From assembly GCA_965113315.1 (NCBI GenBank), contig OZ220377.1: a DNA stretch of 64,000 nucleotides; one strand, written 5' to 3'. Positions within the stretch are counted from its first letter, which is position 1. Each line of letters opens with the position of its first letter. The notes under the pieces are model-generated. The model saw only the letters and a program-made list of their open reading frames with translations, ran no database searches and was not told the DNA's origin. The stretch is from Podarcis vaucheri (taxonomy: Eukaryota). Shown here one piece after another: positions 1 through 11,878 of this stretch. A program made the translations under genes and the position numbers.

Positions 1-553
1 AACTAGATTGTGCATTTGTGTGTGGAGACTGCAGCTGGCTGATAATCACCAAGTCAAGTGGACACTACTGATAAAATTATATGCTGAAGGAAGAAATATT
101 ACTGATTAGTGACAACAAACATGCCTTTGAAGCTACTACTGGAATTCAGAAGACTGCATCTCTGGGCCCTAAGGTCACACTTGTAGTACAAGAATGCAAG
201 CTGACTCCTCAAAAGCATCATTTAGAAAGCTATTTTTATCTCCTCCAATCTGTTTCTTTTCAGAGGATTTTCTTCTTTCACTTAAAGAAAACCTTGTTTT
301 TTGAAAAGTAAAAAGGGCAATGCTGAATTTTTTATGAAGCAAATGGTTTTTTATTTCCTCCGCCCACTCCACAAAGGAAACTGATCAGTTCAACCAGTCC
401 ATTTATATCAGAATCCCGGTAGACTTAAAAATGTCACCGAATGGCATTCTTAGTAGTCAAGAAACATGAGAACAATTATGTCTTGGTTTCTTCTCATTAT
501 ACTTCCCATTTGGCTGTTAAAATATTTTATTCTTCATTTTTGATTAGGAAGCA

Positions 554-681
554 NNNNNNNNNNNNNNNNNNNNNNNNNNNNNNNNNNNNNNNNNNNNNNN
601 NNNNNNNNNNNNNNNNNNNNNNNNNNNNNNNNNNNNNNNNNNNNNNNNNNNNNNNNNNNNNNNNNNNNNNNNNNNNNNNNN
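554..681. other. Assembly gap (128 N)
   Basis: Run of N. Confidence 0.99.
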
Positions 682-1036
682 GCATGCAACTGTTCAGTCA
701 CTTGGAATTAAAGAAGCTGGAATCAGTTGCATAAGAACAGCAAGTGTCTAAATACGTACTTGTGTCTAATGGGCACTCTGCTTTCCTTTCCAAGACTTGT
801 ATTTGCACAACACAACTGCACACTGCTTCCTAAATTGATTTCCAGAGCAGCAAACACATTTTTAAAAATAAAGAAATAAAATAAGCTTAGAAATACTACT
901 CAAAAGGTCGTCTCATGGATAGGTCTGGAGAACAGTTGTGCACTACAAACTTAGTCCAGAGGGGAGTTTAAGGTGCTGAATCATGTCTGGATAACAGTGT
1001 GCGATTTGGAAGAATACTGTCAAAAGGCAGGATATA

Positions 1037-1296
1037 CCGTATTTTTCGCTCTATAAGACGCACCAGACCACAAGATGCACCTAGTTTTTGGAGGAGGAAA
1101 ACAAGGAAAAAATATTCTGAATCTCAGAAGCCAGAACAGCAAGAGGGATCACTGCACAGTGAAAGCAGAAATCCCTCTTGCTGTTCTGGCTTCTGGGATA
1201 GCTGCGCAGCCTGCATTCGCTCCATAAGACGCACACACACATTTCCCCTTACTTTTGACGAGAGGAAAAGTGAGTCTTATAGAGCAAAAAATACGG
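1037..1296. mobile_element. Tc1/mariner-superfamily (Tc2/pogo-type) MITE
   Basis: Terminal inverted repeats (TIRs) of about 27 bp, ccgtatttttcgctctataagacgcac / gtgagtcttatagagcaaaaaatacgg. TA duplication at 1035-36 and 1297-98, plus an internal 25-bp inverted repeat (cagaagccagaacagcaagagggat). Confidence 0.85.
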
Positions 1297-1890
1297 TAAA
1301 TCTGAATAGAATGAAATGGACAGAGGGGCATTTTGGAAATCCTTGTTATTATCTAAGTGTTGACTAAATGGGATTGTAAACAATAATCAGACACTGATCC
1401 ACAGTTGTTTATGTCCATTAAAGTTTGCTATAAATGCTGTGAGTAGCAACACCCCTACTTTATTTACATTATGAATATTAAAGAGAGGAGGGCATTCACC
1501 TAAGACAAATTCTGTTCCCTTGTACAGAGAAGCCTTGATTAGTCATGTCTTTCACAACACATTTCTTGAGTTACTCAAGATGGTTCCAGAAGGATAACAG
1601 GGTAGGTCAGTGGATACATTTTCTCTGAAGGTAGATGGATATTTTACTGCCACATTTGATAACCGAGGGGGCTCAAATAAGATGCATGGTTATATAGTCT
1701 AAGCTCACAAGTAAAATTGTTTTAATTTATATTCCAATACATGTATAATTACTGCTTGGACACTTTAATCATAGCAAGTTTCACTCACGATACCCTTCAC
1801 CCTGTCAGATGCTGGTTAGAGGAGTCCTGCACAATATTTCCCCTAATTATATAGTGAGCTCAATCAACATTATGGCTGAAAAGATCCCCT

Positions 1891-2183
1891 AAAGGTAAAG
1901 GGACCCCTGGCCATTAGGTCCAGTCGTGACCGACTCTGGGGTTGCGGCGCTCACCTCACTTTATTGGCCAAGGGAACCGGTGTACAAGCAGAGCACAGAA
2001 ACGCCGTTTACCTTCCCGCCAGAGCGGTACCTGTTTATCTACTTGCACTTTGATGTGCTTTCCAACTGCTAGGTTGGCAGGCAGGGACCGAGCAACGGGA
2101 GTTCACCCCGTCGCAGGGATTCAAACAGCCGACCTTCTGATCGGCAAGTCCTAGGCTCTATGGTTTAACCCACAGCGTCACCC
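1891..2183 (-). mobile_element. Sauria (POM-type) SINE, internally deleted
   Basis: ACCTTT tail and a body collinear with the copies at 2896 and 7849, but lacking about 50 bp of the middle. Confidence 0.9.
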
Positions 2184-2895
2184 CTACTCAGTGCCTAACC
2201 AAAAAAAGGAGCAATATAAGTAAGTAAGATGCAAATATAAAATTATTTTACAACTTTATTTTTAAAGAGCATTTGCCTTAAAACAATCCTATTCTCCAAG
2301 GAATTTGGAGTAAATTAGTAACCTCTCTTTGATTACATTGTCACCAGGCTGTTGCTCCCCTGCTTCTTTTTATTAATTGGGTTGTTTTTAATAACTTTGG
2401 TTTTAATAACTTGTTTTCTTTTATGTATTATATTTTGTGCTTTGTTGGAAACTAACTTGAGATCACATTGACATGATGAAGGGCTGTCTACAAACTGGAG
2501 AAATAACAATAAACAAATGCATTTCCCCTCTGTTTTGCAATGTATATTGAACCATACTATGTCATTCAGAAGCCGGTTTGTCTTGGTCTGTGGCAATGGA
2601 AGGTATTGCTTGGAGGCACTAGGTTGTTTAATTTCACACCTCTCTCTTTTATTATTGTGCTTGAAATATGGTTTTTTACTGCTAATTTTTGTATGCAATG
2701 GTATTTCTAGTAAAATTTGCAAGGTTTTTGTCCTGAATTTTCATGTCTCTCAGAGGATGAGTAATTGCTCTCCCAGATGAATCTACACAATCTTTAACAC
2801 TTGCAAAATAAGACCCTGTGCCCTGCTCACATGCACACTTTCGAAGCAAAGATATTTTTTTTTTTTGGGGGGGAAAGGTGCCAGTACTGTGTGAG

Positions 2896-3256
2896 TAAAA
2901 AGGTAAAGGTAAAGGGACCCCTGACCATTAGGTCCAGCCGTGACCGACTCTGGGGTTGCGGAGCTCATCTCGCTTTATTGGCCGAGGGAGCCAACGTACA
3001 GCTTTCGGGTCATGTGGCCAGCATGACTAAGCCGCTTCTGGCGAACTAGAGCAGCCCACGGAAACGCCGTTTACCTTCCCGCCAGAGTGGTACCTATTTA
3101 TCTACTTGCACTTTTGACGTGCTTTCGAACTGCTAGGTTGGCAGGAGCAGGGACCGAGCAACAGGAGCTCACCCCGTTGCGGGGAGTCGAACCACCAACC
3201 TTCTGATCGGCAAGTCCTAGGCTCTGTGGTTTAACCCACAGTGCCACCCGCGTCCC
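2896..3256 (-). mobile_element. Sauria (POM-type) SINE, full length
   Basis: Starts GGGACGCGGGTGGC on the minus strand, has a tRNA-like B box (GGTTCGACTCC) and an (ACCTTT)n tail. 11-bp TSD tactgtgtgag at 2885-2895 and 3258-3268. Confidence 0.93.
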
Positions 3257-3359
3257 ATACTGTGTGAGCACAGTTAGTCAGAAAAAAAAGTACTGAGCGT
3301 ACTCACGACAACTTGCCCTCCATCTCTGAACATCTGCATCCAGTGTCTTCATACAGAAG

Positions 3360-3620
3360 TTAAATACAGCACTGGGGACAAAATTGTACCCAGCTGTACA
3401 TCACAACACAAAGACCATGGAGCCCAAACAGTCTCCCAGTTCTACTCTTTGCACATGACCCTGGAGGTAGGAACTGAACCACAGTGCCCATAACAGTGCC
3501 CATAAGACCCATCCACAGAGCCCGTCGGTCCCTGAGAATACCATAGTCAATGGTATCAAAAGTCGCTGAGATCAAGAAGCAGAAGCAGTCACACTCTGCC
3601 TGTCCCACTCTTGATATAGG
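3360..3620 (-). mobile_element. Degraded L2-clade LINE reverse-transcriptase fragment
   Basis: Translation remnant ATFDTIDYGILRDR resembles the LINE RT motif DLSAAFDTIDH; heavily frameshifted. Confidence 0.6.
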
Positions 3621-4734
3621 TCATCCACCAGCATGCCAAAAGCTGGTTCAGTCCCAGAATTTGTTCACCTGATATTGTTGCTTAATGTTTTGCTGCTGCT
3701 GCCTCTCTTTAATCTGATGACTGTTTTAGTAGTGTTTTTTTTGTTTTATCATTTGTCATTTTTATCATTTGTCATTTGTTGTTGTGAGTCATACTGCAGG
3801 CTGAAAAGTAGCATACAGATGTTTAATTTTTTTTATATATATAAAAATGCTGCAGAAAAATTACACCCATCATCCTGCCATCTTAAATTTCCAGTTATTT
3901 ATTTCTTATTCTATTGCTGTCACAATTGTGATTTCAAACGTAGCTAGCCAAGATTTTTGCTTGGTGAATATTTTCTTTTTGAGCCAATCCTGGACCACGT
4001 GAGAAGAGGGCAGAGACAGCACAAACTTCTGGGCTAAGACAAAGGAATAATTGCTGCTTCCAAAAAAAAAAAATAGTTTTCAGGCTCTTTAGTGACTGCC
4101 GATGCTGTTCCCCTTTGATACTGCTGTGGTTTTTCTCTCTCTTCTATTTCAATAACAGTTATATATATTTTAGCATGTCTTCAGATGTGGGGAGGCTGTT
4201 CTACATAGCTTTCTGTTCCATCTGAATGGTTGGGCAGCATGCTTACTTCAGAGGAGCCACAGAGCACTACTTTAGGTTGTGTTGGTGTGGGTGTACAGTC
4301 TAACTCACCACGTGGATCCTGCATCCCACTCACTTCCTGGGCTCGTAGGTCTGCTTTATCAACTTTGAAAAAGACATTGATTGCCCATATCTCCCTTGGG
4401 ATATGTTGTTCCCAGTTTAAATGATATGACTGCTGAAACCCAATCTCCAGACTGAATTGCTGTTGAAAAGATGCTCCATTTGAGATGTCCCTAAACTGGT
4501 CAACTGCATCTATAACCTGAAGGCCACTATAATTCTCTCTCTCTCTCAATTTTTGTAGCAGCACGTGTGTGCATTGCAATGCTGCACAATGTCTGAACTT
4601 CAATGCAATGCATACATTTAACAACTGGCATATGGTTTCTGTTTCAGATGAACCAGGAAGGAGGAGGAAACTGAGGGTTCAAAGCGTTCTACTGGAGATG
4701 TTAGCATTGGGGTCAACATAGCCACTGGCACACT

Positions 4735-4845
4735 CCAGGTACTGTTGGAATACAGCTTGAATCATCCCTGACCACTGGCTATGTTGGCTGGGGCTGAAGG
4801 GAGCTGGGGTCCAACTTCTGCAGGGCACTATGTTGGTTATCCCTG
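4735..4845. mobile_element. Short palindromic squamate MITE-like repeat (catccctgaccactgg...ggctggggctga core)
   Basis: The same core recurs near 8690, 15340, 28940, 42605, 46495 and 48905. Confidence 0.55.
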
Positions 4846-6625
4846 TGCTAGTAAATACACATTCACTTCATTTATTTTTTTTAAAAGAGGCAGTGTAATG
4901 TGGACATAACTGTGTGTGTGTGTGGGGGGGGGGTTAAACCCACTAGAGAACTTATTGTGAAGTTGTTCAGAAGCACTTGTCCTGGGGAATTAGCATCACA
5001 CTTGGAAATATTTGAGAGCAGCATTTAACATCCTAACTCTGTCTGAACTGCATTATTGAAATGCATATCTGATTTAAAAATGACACTCTTCTGCTCTTCC
5101 TTTCTCTGGTAAGTGGTTCACTGGGGAATAAAGGGCATTGTTAGCATCATTAGCCAAAATAGGGTAGGTGTACTCTCAAGTCAAGCTTTGTAGGACAAAT
5201 TCTTGGAATGACTTTTTTTAGGATAGAAAGGATTAAAAAAAAATCAAATCTCCAAAAATAGCAAGGGGTTGGCTTGTAGGAATCATTTGGTCCACCTCTC
5301 CAGCACGTGCAGCTGCCCTGCTTTGTTCTACTGATTTAGAGAACAGAAACTTTCCAAAAGGCATCTGCACTGCAAGGTGAAAGTTAAAAGGGAAATGGGA
5401 TTCTTGAAAAAAGGCACTGAAGTGCAGCCAAAGCCAGAGCCCCAGCATCAGCCACGAACAGCATGCTGTTATTAGAATTCTGACAATGAATGCAGAAGAG
5501 TGGGGGGAGGGGGGAAGCACACCTGGAAACCCGCAAGTTAAAGATCTCAGCTTTAAATGCAGTTGAAGAGTTAAATGCTCGTGCTTTAAACTTGCCCATG
5601 CATAGCTGCTGTTAAGTCCTGCCTTGTGAGAAGAGAGATGGCGGGAGGTTGCTATAGTTTTGCATGCAGACGAACTCCTTCCCCCGCCTCCAGTCCTTAC
5701 GGATACACTCCAAAAAATTCATGGAGTGATCAAGCACCTCCCTCATATCGAAAAGCAGCCTGTGTCCTCAAATGAGACTTTGGGTATTGGGCCTTCCGCT
5801 AGTGTTTTAATTTGAAATTTTTATTTTTGGAGGCAATCCATCTGGTTTGACAGGTTACCCATCATGCCCATCATGCATTTCTCACCATCCACAGACATGC
5901 TCACTTTCATTTGGACATTGTTCAGAACAAAATGGCCAACACACAAGAAATATCTGGTCAACTTCATACACACGCTGGCAATGCAAGCTTGGAAGGAAAC
6001 CACAAAGAAGCTTCAATGGGGGAAGGGCAACCTTGACAAAGAAGGGATGCCAAACGAACCAGGATCTTTTATTATTACTTTAAAGCAGAAAGCATATCAT
6101 AGGTCAATTTGCCTGACATGCCTAGTAATTTATTTGCTCAACAACTTTCTCATCTCCAGTTTGGAAGTTATGGGATGCTTGCAGTCAATATGCTGACCAT
6201 TTTCAATGCACAAGGCATTTCTGGCTAAATATCTGATCTGTTCCCCAGTTTACTTTGGGCTATATCAAGGCTAAAGTTGACTTGATTTGTGGGTCTTGTA
6301 TACCTCTAAAATGTGTGCATGTATGTGTGTGTTCTTGCATCATTAACAGTCCACTTTCCAAAATATTTTCCAACTATCTTTCTAATGAGTATCAGCTATC
6401 TAATGGGCCGAACAATGTCCAAGTGTACATATTAGTAATTTCACTGAAATTATTTAGTGAAATTAACTTATGCAACCTGAGGTGACTTCAAGTGCAATGA
6501 CCTCAAAATATTAGTTTTATTTATTTTAAAGATTAGGGATACCCATACAACATTCATGCCTCTGTTTCCTTAAAACAAAAGCTACAGTTTCCTCTTTGGG
6601 CAGCAACAACTGAACATCTAATTCA

Positions 6626-6659
6626 TTGTTTTGTTTTGTTTTGTTTTGTTTTGTTTTGT
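6626..6659. repeat. (TTTTG)n microsatellite
   Basis: Direct reading. Confidence 0.95.
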
Positions 6660-7848
6660 CCCAGCTTTTACTTTTGTAAAACTCTTGTTCTGGAATTCTT
6701 TGCCCATTACCATAATGTTTTCTTTACAAGTTTTCAGATGCTTCTGTCATTAATGGTGGTCTCAATGGAACCACACAACCAATAGGACCTCAGTAAGTCT
6801 CAAATATCTTTTTGTTTACACAGTGCTAGCAATCGTGGCAAGTGGATACAAGGTGCTTCATAATGGATCATCTATGTTGGTACTGTCGATCCTAATGAGT
6901 CTTGAGTACAACTGAGACCCTTGGTTCATTTAGGCTGTTACTCTCCACCCTCAAATCCAATCTAGCTTGTGGCTTCTGTGACAGAAATGTTGCTGACATA
7001 AGAGTGGACAATGGGATGGGGGCGGATTAGCCAATTCTCCAGACTTCATCATTTATTTCAGTAGCAAGTGAGTCAGGACTAATGCTCAATTATAAACCCA
7101 TCACTAATAATTGTTTATTAGCAGAAGGTAGCTTTAGCTGCTACTATGGGCCTGAAGCAGCAGACACACAGAGCTTTAACACTTCAGTGACAGTCAAAAG
7201 GTTTCAGTTAAAATGTCTACTCGTTGAGCCAAAATTCCTAATAGTATGATAATTAGAAATGTAGAGGCAAACAGAATCAAGCTAATTCCAGTGGGATTTT
7301 ATCAATTTACAGTGGGCTCTTCAGTCTGCAAATCAACTGCTGAGTATGAAAATACAACATGCAGACTCTCTTAGGCCAAATAGACATCCAAGATGTGTAT
7401 TTGTCTAATACACTTTGTCATCTCTTCCTTCAGCATTTGCCGAAAACTGAGGATTTGAGAAGGCTGACTTTGGAATTTCAAAGACTTCCTTTCCACACAT
7501 GTAGAATACAGAGAAATAGGACAGCAGGACTATGTGCAGGAATGTTTCGCGTCCATGCTTCTAACGCCTTTGGTGCATGCACTGTGCCCCAACTGCATGT
7601 GACTGGGGACTTCCAACACGGTGGCAACCATGTCTGATAACAAGTGGCTGCTATCCTGAAAAATGTTCAGGCAGGCAGATACCAGTTCCATGTCTCTGCA
7701 ATGACAGGCCCTCAACATATTATGTCCATCTCTATTAGAAGCATGCAGAGTGAAGACACTAGGCATGCTCAAGTAATTCCCAAATGGCAACTGCAAAGGA
7801 AGACCTGGCACCCTACGCAACAAGGAAATCTGTTTTACATTAAACTAA

Positions 7849-8194
7849 GGTAAAGGTAAATGGATAAAGGGACCCCTGACCATTAGGTTCGGTCATGGCC
7901 GACTCTGGGGTTGCGGCGCTCATCTCGCTTTATTGGCCGAGGGAGCCGACGTGCAGCTTCCGGGTCATGTGGCCAGCATGACTAAGCCATTTCTGGCAGC
8001 GCACAGAAACGACGTTTACCTTCCCGCCGGAGCGGTACCTATTTATCCACTTTGACGTGCTTTTGAACTGCTAGGTTGGTAGGAGCAGGGACTGAGTAGC
8101 GGGAGCTCACCCCGTCGTGGGGATTTGAACTGCCAACCTACTGATCGGCAAGTCCTAGGCTCTGTGGTTTAATCCACAGCACCACCCGCGTCCC
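7849..8194 (-). mobile_element. Sauria (POM-type) SINE, near full length
   Basis: 12-bp TSD acattaaactaa at 7837-7848 and 8195-8206; ACCTTT tail and GGGACGCGGGTGG start. Confidence 0.93.
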
Positions 8195-8206
8195 ACATTA
8201 AACTAA

Positions 8207-8445
8207 TATTGTTATTTATTAGATTTCTATACCACCCTTCATCCAAAGGTCACAGGGCAGTTCACAATATAAAAACACAATGATAAATACCGTAATAATA
8301 AGCAAGAACAATTACCCTCCCCATTTAAAAGGCCATAGATTGTTTAATTAGCCAAAGGCCTAGGAAAAGAGGAATGCTTTCACCTGGCACCTAAAGAAAC
8401 GTAATGAAGATGCTAGGCGAGCCTCCTTGGGGAGGGCATTCCAAT
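8207..8445 (-). mobile_element. L2-type LINE 3' end fragment
   Basis: AT-rich tail followed by ...gggagggcattcca (WNALP motif on the minus strand), similar to 21200-21597. Confidence 0.6.
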
Positions 8446-9659
8446 GTTATAGTGTCATGAAGAATTTGACCTAGTAGACCCCTTGTGAACCTTTGGATTA
8501 TGTATGAATTGGATAGCCAATTACGAATTGCACAATAACCATAATGTGATGTTTATTACAGAAGTCTCCCTCAAGGCTGATAAAATAGATTGGGAGTGAG
8601 TGAACTTTAAAAGGATATCGGGTGGCAAAGGCCGGGGAAGACCCCAGTCTCAAACTCAGAGCTGCTCACAAGCAAAGCCAATGTACGGCCTTCTGTAAGT
8701 TACTGAACTCCCACTCCCGCCAGCCCCCGCCAGCCAAGCAAATGGCCAGGGTTGATGGGAACTGTAGTCCAACAACATCTAGAGGACACCATGTCAGCTC
8801 TTTCACTCAGGGCAATCATTCCAATAAGTTTCACCAAGTCTTGTGCTTCTTAAGAAAAAGAAAGGGTGCACTTTTAGCAATAAGGTTATGGGTTAAAATT
8901 TGGTCAGGTAACTGGAAATTGTATATTAAAGTTATTTTATCAACCCAGTTGCTAGTCTGTGATACTGGATCCTACTTTAAAATCTGGGGGACGTGAAAGC
9001 TGTCAAGCTGTTTGAAGGAAGAGACGCAAAACAGGTGAGTGGGGCGAGCTTGCTCGTCTGTTCTGACCATGGCCAGGGAGAGCCCGTTGCAGTGGAGCAT
9101 GTGTTTGGAAGCTTGCTAATGAAAGGCTTCCTGGTGACCTATGACACGACAGATTACTCCGTGGAACTGCCTCAGCATACTAAATGTCTTATGCCTCTCT
9201 TGCATACCTGAGAGATTCCCTGGGAATGGCAGGCATTACAATTAAAACAACATTTGGGCCACAATTTCCAAAGCCAGATTCCTCTGGAATGTTTTGTTCC
9301 GACTGTCGGAAATACTGGTTGCTGAAATGCAGCCATTCCTCTTGTTCTGCTCTGATATGCCTGCTGTTTTTGCTGGGTTTGGGGAATAGCTGGATGCCCA
9401 GGCCTGCAACAATTGAATGCTAAATTCGCAGCAGAAACGACAAGGCTAGACATCCCTTCGAGTCTTAAAAATCATGGCATATTTATGAGATCAGTCCACT
9501 TGAAGCATTAGTCCTCCAACCCCCTAAAAAAAAAACTTTATCTCTGGCTCCCTCATTTCTCTGCCCGCCCCCTCCGCCCCCTGCCTTTCCTCCCAGGCTT
9601 GCCTTGCCACTCAGCACAGCGCTGCTGAGAGAAAAGATAAACAGGAATGCAATACCAAC

Positions 9660-9692
9660 CGTGAACTGCCGGTTCTGTCGTCGCCGTTGTGT
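9660..9692 (-). CDS. CADM1: CADM1 exon 9 (33-nt cassette microexon, phase 1-1): (D)TTATTEPAVH
   Basis: Acceptor cgtgtgtag|AC and donor CACG|gttggt. DTTATTEPAVH is visible in ORF 9553..9846 and is identical to the recalled mammalian exon 9 peptide. Confidence 0.93.
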
Positions 9693-11834
9693 CTACACAC
9701 GGGAACAGAGGTTTGGAGGAAGGGAAGAAACAGGAGGAACAGCATGCAAAAAAAGGGAAATGGAAAAAATGGAACAGATAATATATGAGCAAGCTTTCAA
9801 AGAACATTGCGTGACAAGCAATAATAAAATGAAAGGCAAAAAGCATTTGAAGTGAGTTGCACTGTTTTAAAGAGACATGCCTTGAGCTTAAAAGCTGTGA
9901 GCCTGAGGGGGGGTGGGGGGGAACCCTTGTTTGCTTTGGTTCTGGAGATTTGCCAGCAGGGATGCTTTCTGGTGGTCAAGAGTTAGGGAGACATGCAAAG
10001 TGGGGAGAAACACCAGAGCCACCTGCTCCGTGGGGAAGTGAGCACAGGGACATCAAAGGGCTCCAGGCTATGAAAGCAGAGGCAAGTCTTGAAGAAGCTT
10101 TCATACATTCAAACATTGCCTTTGCAAAAGACATTCCCTTCTATGGGGGAATGCCAGAGGAGTCAGTGCATTACCTGGCTGCCGGGGTCTCCTTTCCCTT
10201 TTGTCATGCACATAATACCTGTGGATGCTATGCAACATTCTGCATCCACCTGATCCCGGGGAATACCAATGATAGGAAGTCTCCCAAGAATGAATGCATA
10301 CAACGCCATTGCATTCACGCTGAAAACAGGTCATCATTGAGGAGGTAGCCTTGCCTCTAGCAAGTCATGCATAGTTTAGATAAAGAGATACATATATAAA
10401 GACGACAGAACAGATTCCATCTTTGCAAACTGAAGAAAAGCTTTCTGCAAAGATCTCAATCTCTAGAGAGTGCTCTGTGGACCAGATACTGAGAAGAACT
10501 GTGAATGTTTCCACAAGTTTCCTGTTGCTTGGGATGTAACTAGAAAATGAAAGGGCACCCCAGTTCTAGCAGACTGTGCTGTTCTCAGTTCATTTTAACA
10601 GCATGCAGGCTACAAGCATGACAGACTCCAGTGCTTGTGGAACTAAGTGGGTTGTCAAACGTACTCCTACCTTAGGGCTGTGAATGCACCAAAGAGAGGA
10701 ACATTCCTAGATGGGACGTCCTCTGGCAGCCTTGCCCTCTGAAGCTTTACTGAGGGAGCCCAGTCCCGGTCTCAGGTGTCTCTTTGGGTGTAGAGGATGC
10801 TATGTATTCTCCATGTACCTCGCTGGAAAAGGTCTTCCCTACCTTCCTAAGTCTTGGGTTTCTGGACCTTCTGAAGCATCTCCAAAGGGTGTAGAGTTCT
10901 TATTCAAAGACTATTTGTATATGTCAAAACATACGTTAGACATATTGCTTTTGCCTAGTTTTGCCCACAGTTCAGCCATGACAACAAAAATTATCACATG
11001 GGTAAACCAGCACCCATGAGTAAACCAACCCCCTATTCTCTCTCTGGGGGGCTGGGGCTTGCCTTCAACAGGGACAGACCCTGGAAGGAAAGTTAATTCA
11101 CTGGAAGAAAAATGCTTGAAGTCGATTCAGGCAAAGGCTCTCAACTTCTTTTCTACTCTCCCAACTCCCGTCACTCTGCAGAAAATATGGTTATGCGCAT
11201 GGCTAGCATGGAAACGAAGTGAGCTGCTTGAGGATGGACAGATTGCTCTGTCCCTCTCCAGGCAGCTTGCTTGGCTTCCATGATGAGCAGGATGAAGAAT
11301 GTTATGCCACGCTGGCCATAGGATCTCGTGAGCTAGCGCTTTGCCATCTGTGCTGGAGGAGTTGGACATAAAGGGTCTTGTCCCCCTTTCCATTTCAGCA
11401 ACAAACTGATATACCTTTAGCTCCACACATGTGGGTTGGGGCCATAGGATTGGTGAGATGGCTGTTTGGGGAGCAGCTCGAAAAGTGCTAAGTGTTCAGA
11501 GTTTCTGCAGCGCAGCACAAACAAGGCCATTTACCTCAAAAGAAGGTTTGGGAGGTTCCTCTTTAGTTCAGCACAGGCAATGTTTAAATGAACAAAAGAA
11601 TAGCTTTCTGCAAGGCTCCACAACATGTAATTGAGCTCATAAACTACCCTAGAACTTGAACTTTTCTATTATTACAGAAGACAAGCACATGGAGGTGTTT
11701 CTCCACAGTTGACATGCCACCCTCAGAATCCAGAGACGGCCAGACTTTCCACTTAACAGAAAGCAGGGGCCATTTCCCCTTTGCAATCAAACAGAGGACA
11801 ATGCATACTTAACTTTCCAGAGCAAGGATTAGAC

Positions 11835-11877
<43 letters not shown>
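11835..11877. repeat. (AAT)n microsatellite
   Basis: Direct reading. Confidence 0.95.

Positions 11878-11878
<1 letters not shown>

Noticed and set aside
2285-2333. PNSLEN-like peptide as candidate CADM1 exon 10
   Set aside because: No pyrimidine tract, a phase-1 reading from the nearest AG hits TAA, and there is no suitable donor.
4181-4624. 147-aa minus-strand ORF containing LPN and a GTAAGC donor-like site
   Set aside because: LPN lies on the intronic side of the donor-like site, and there is no further similarity to CADM1.
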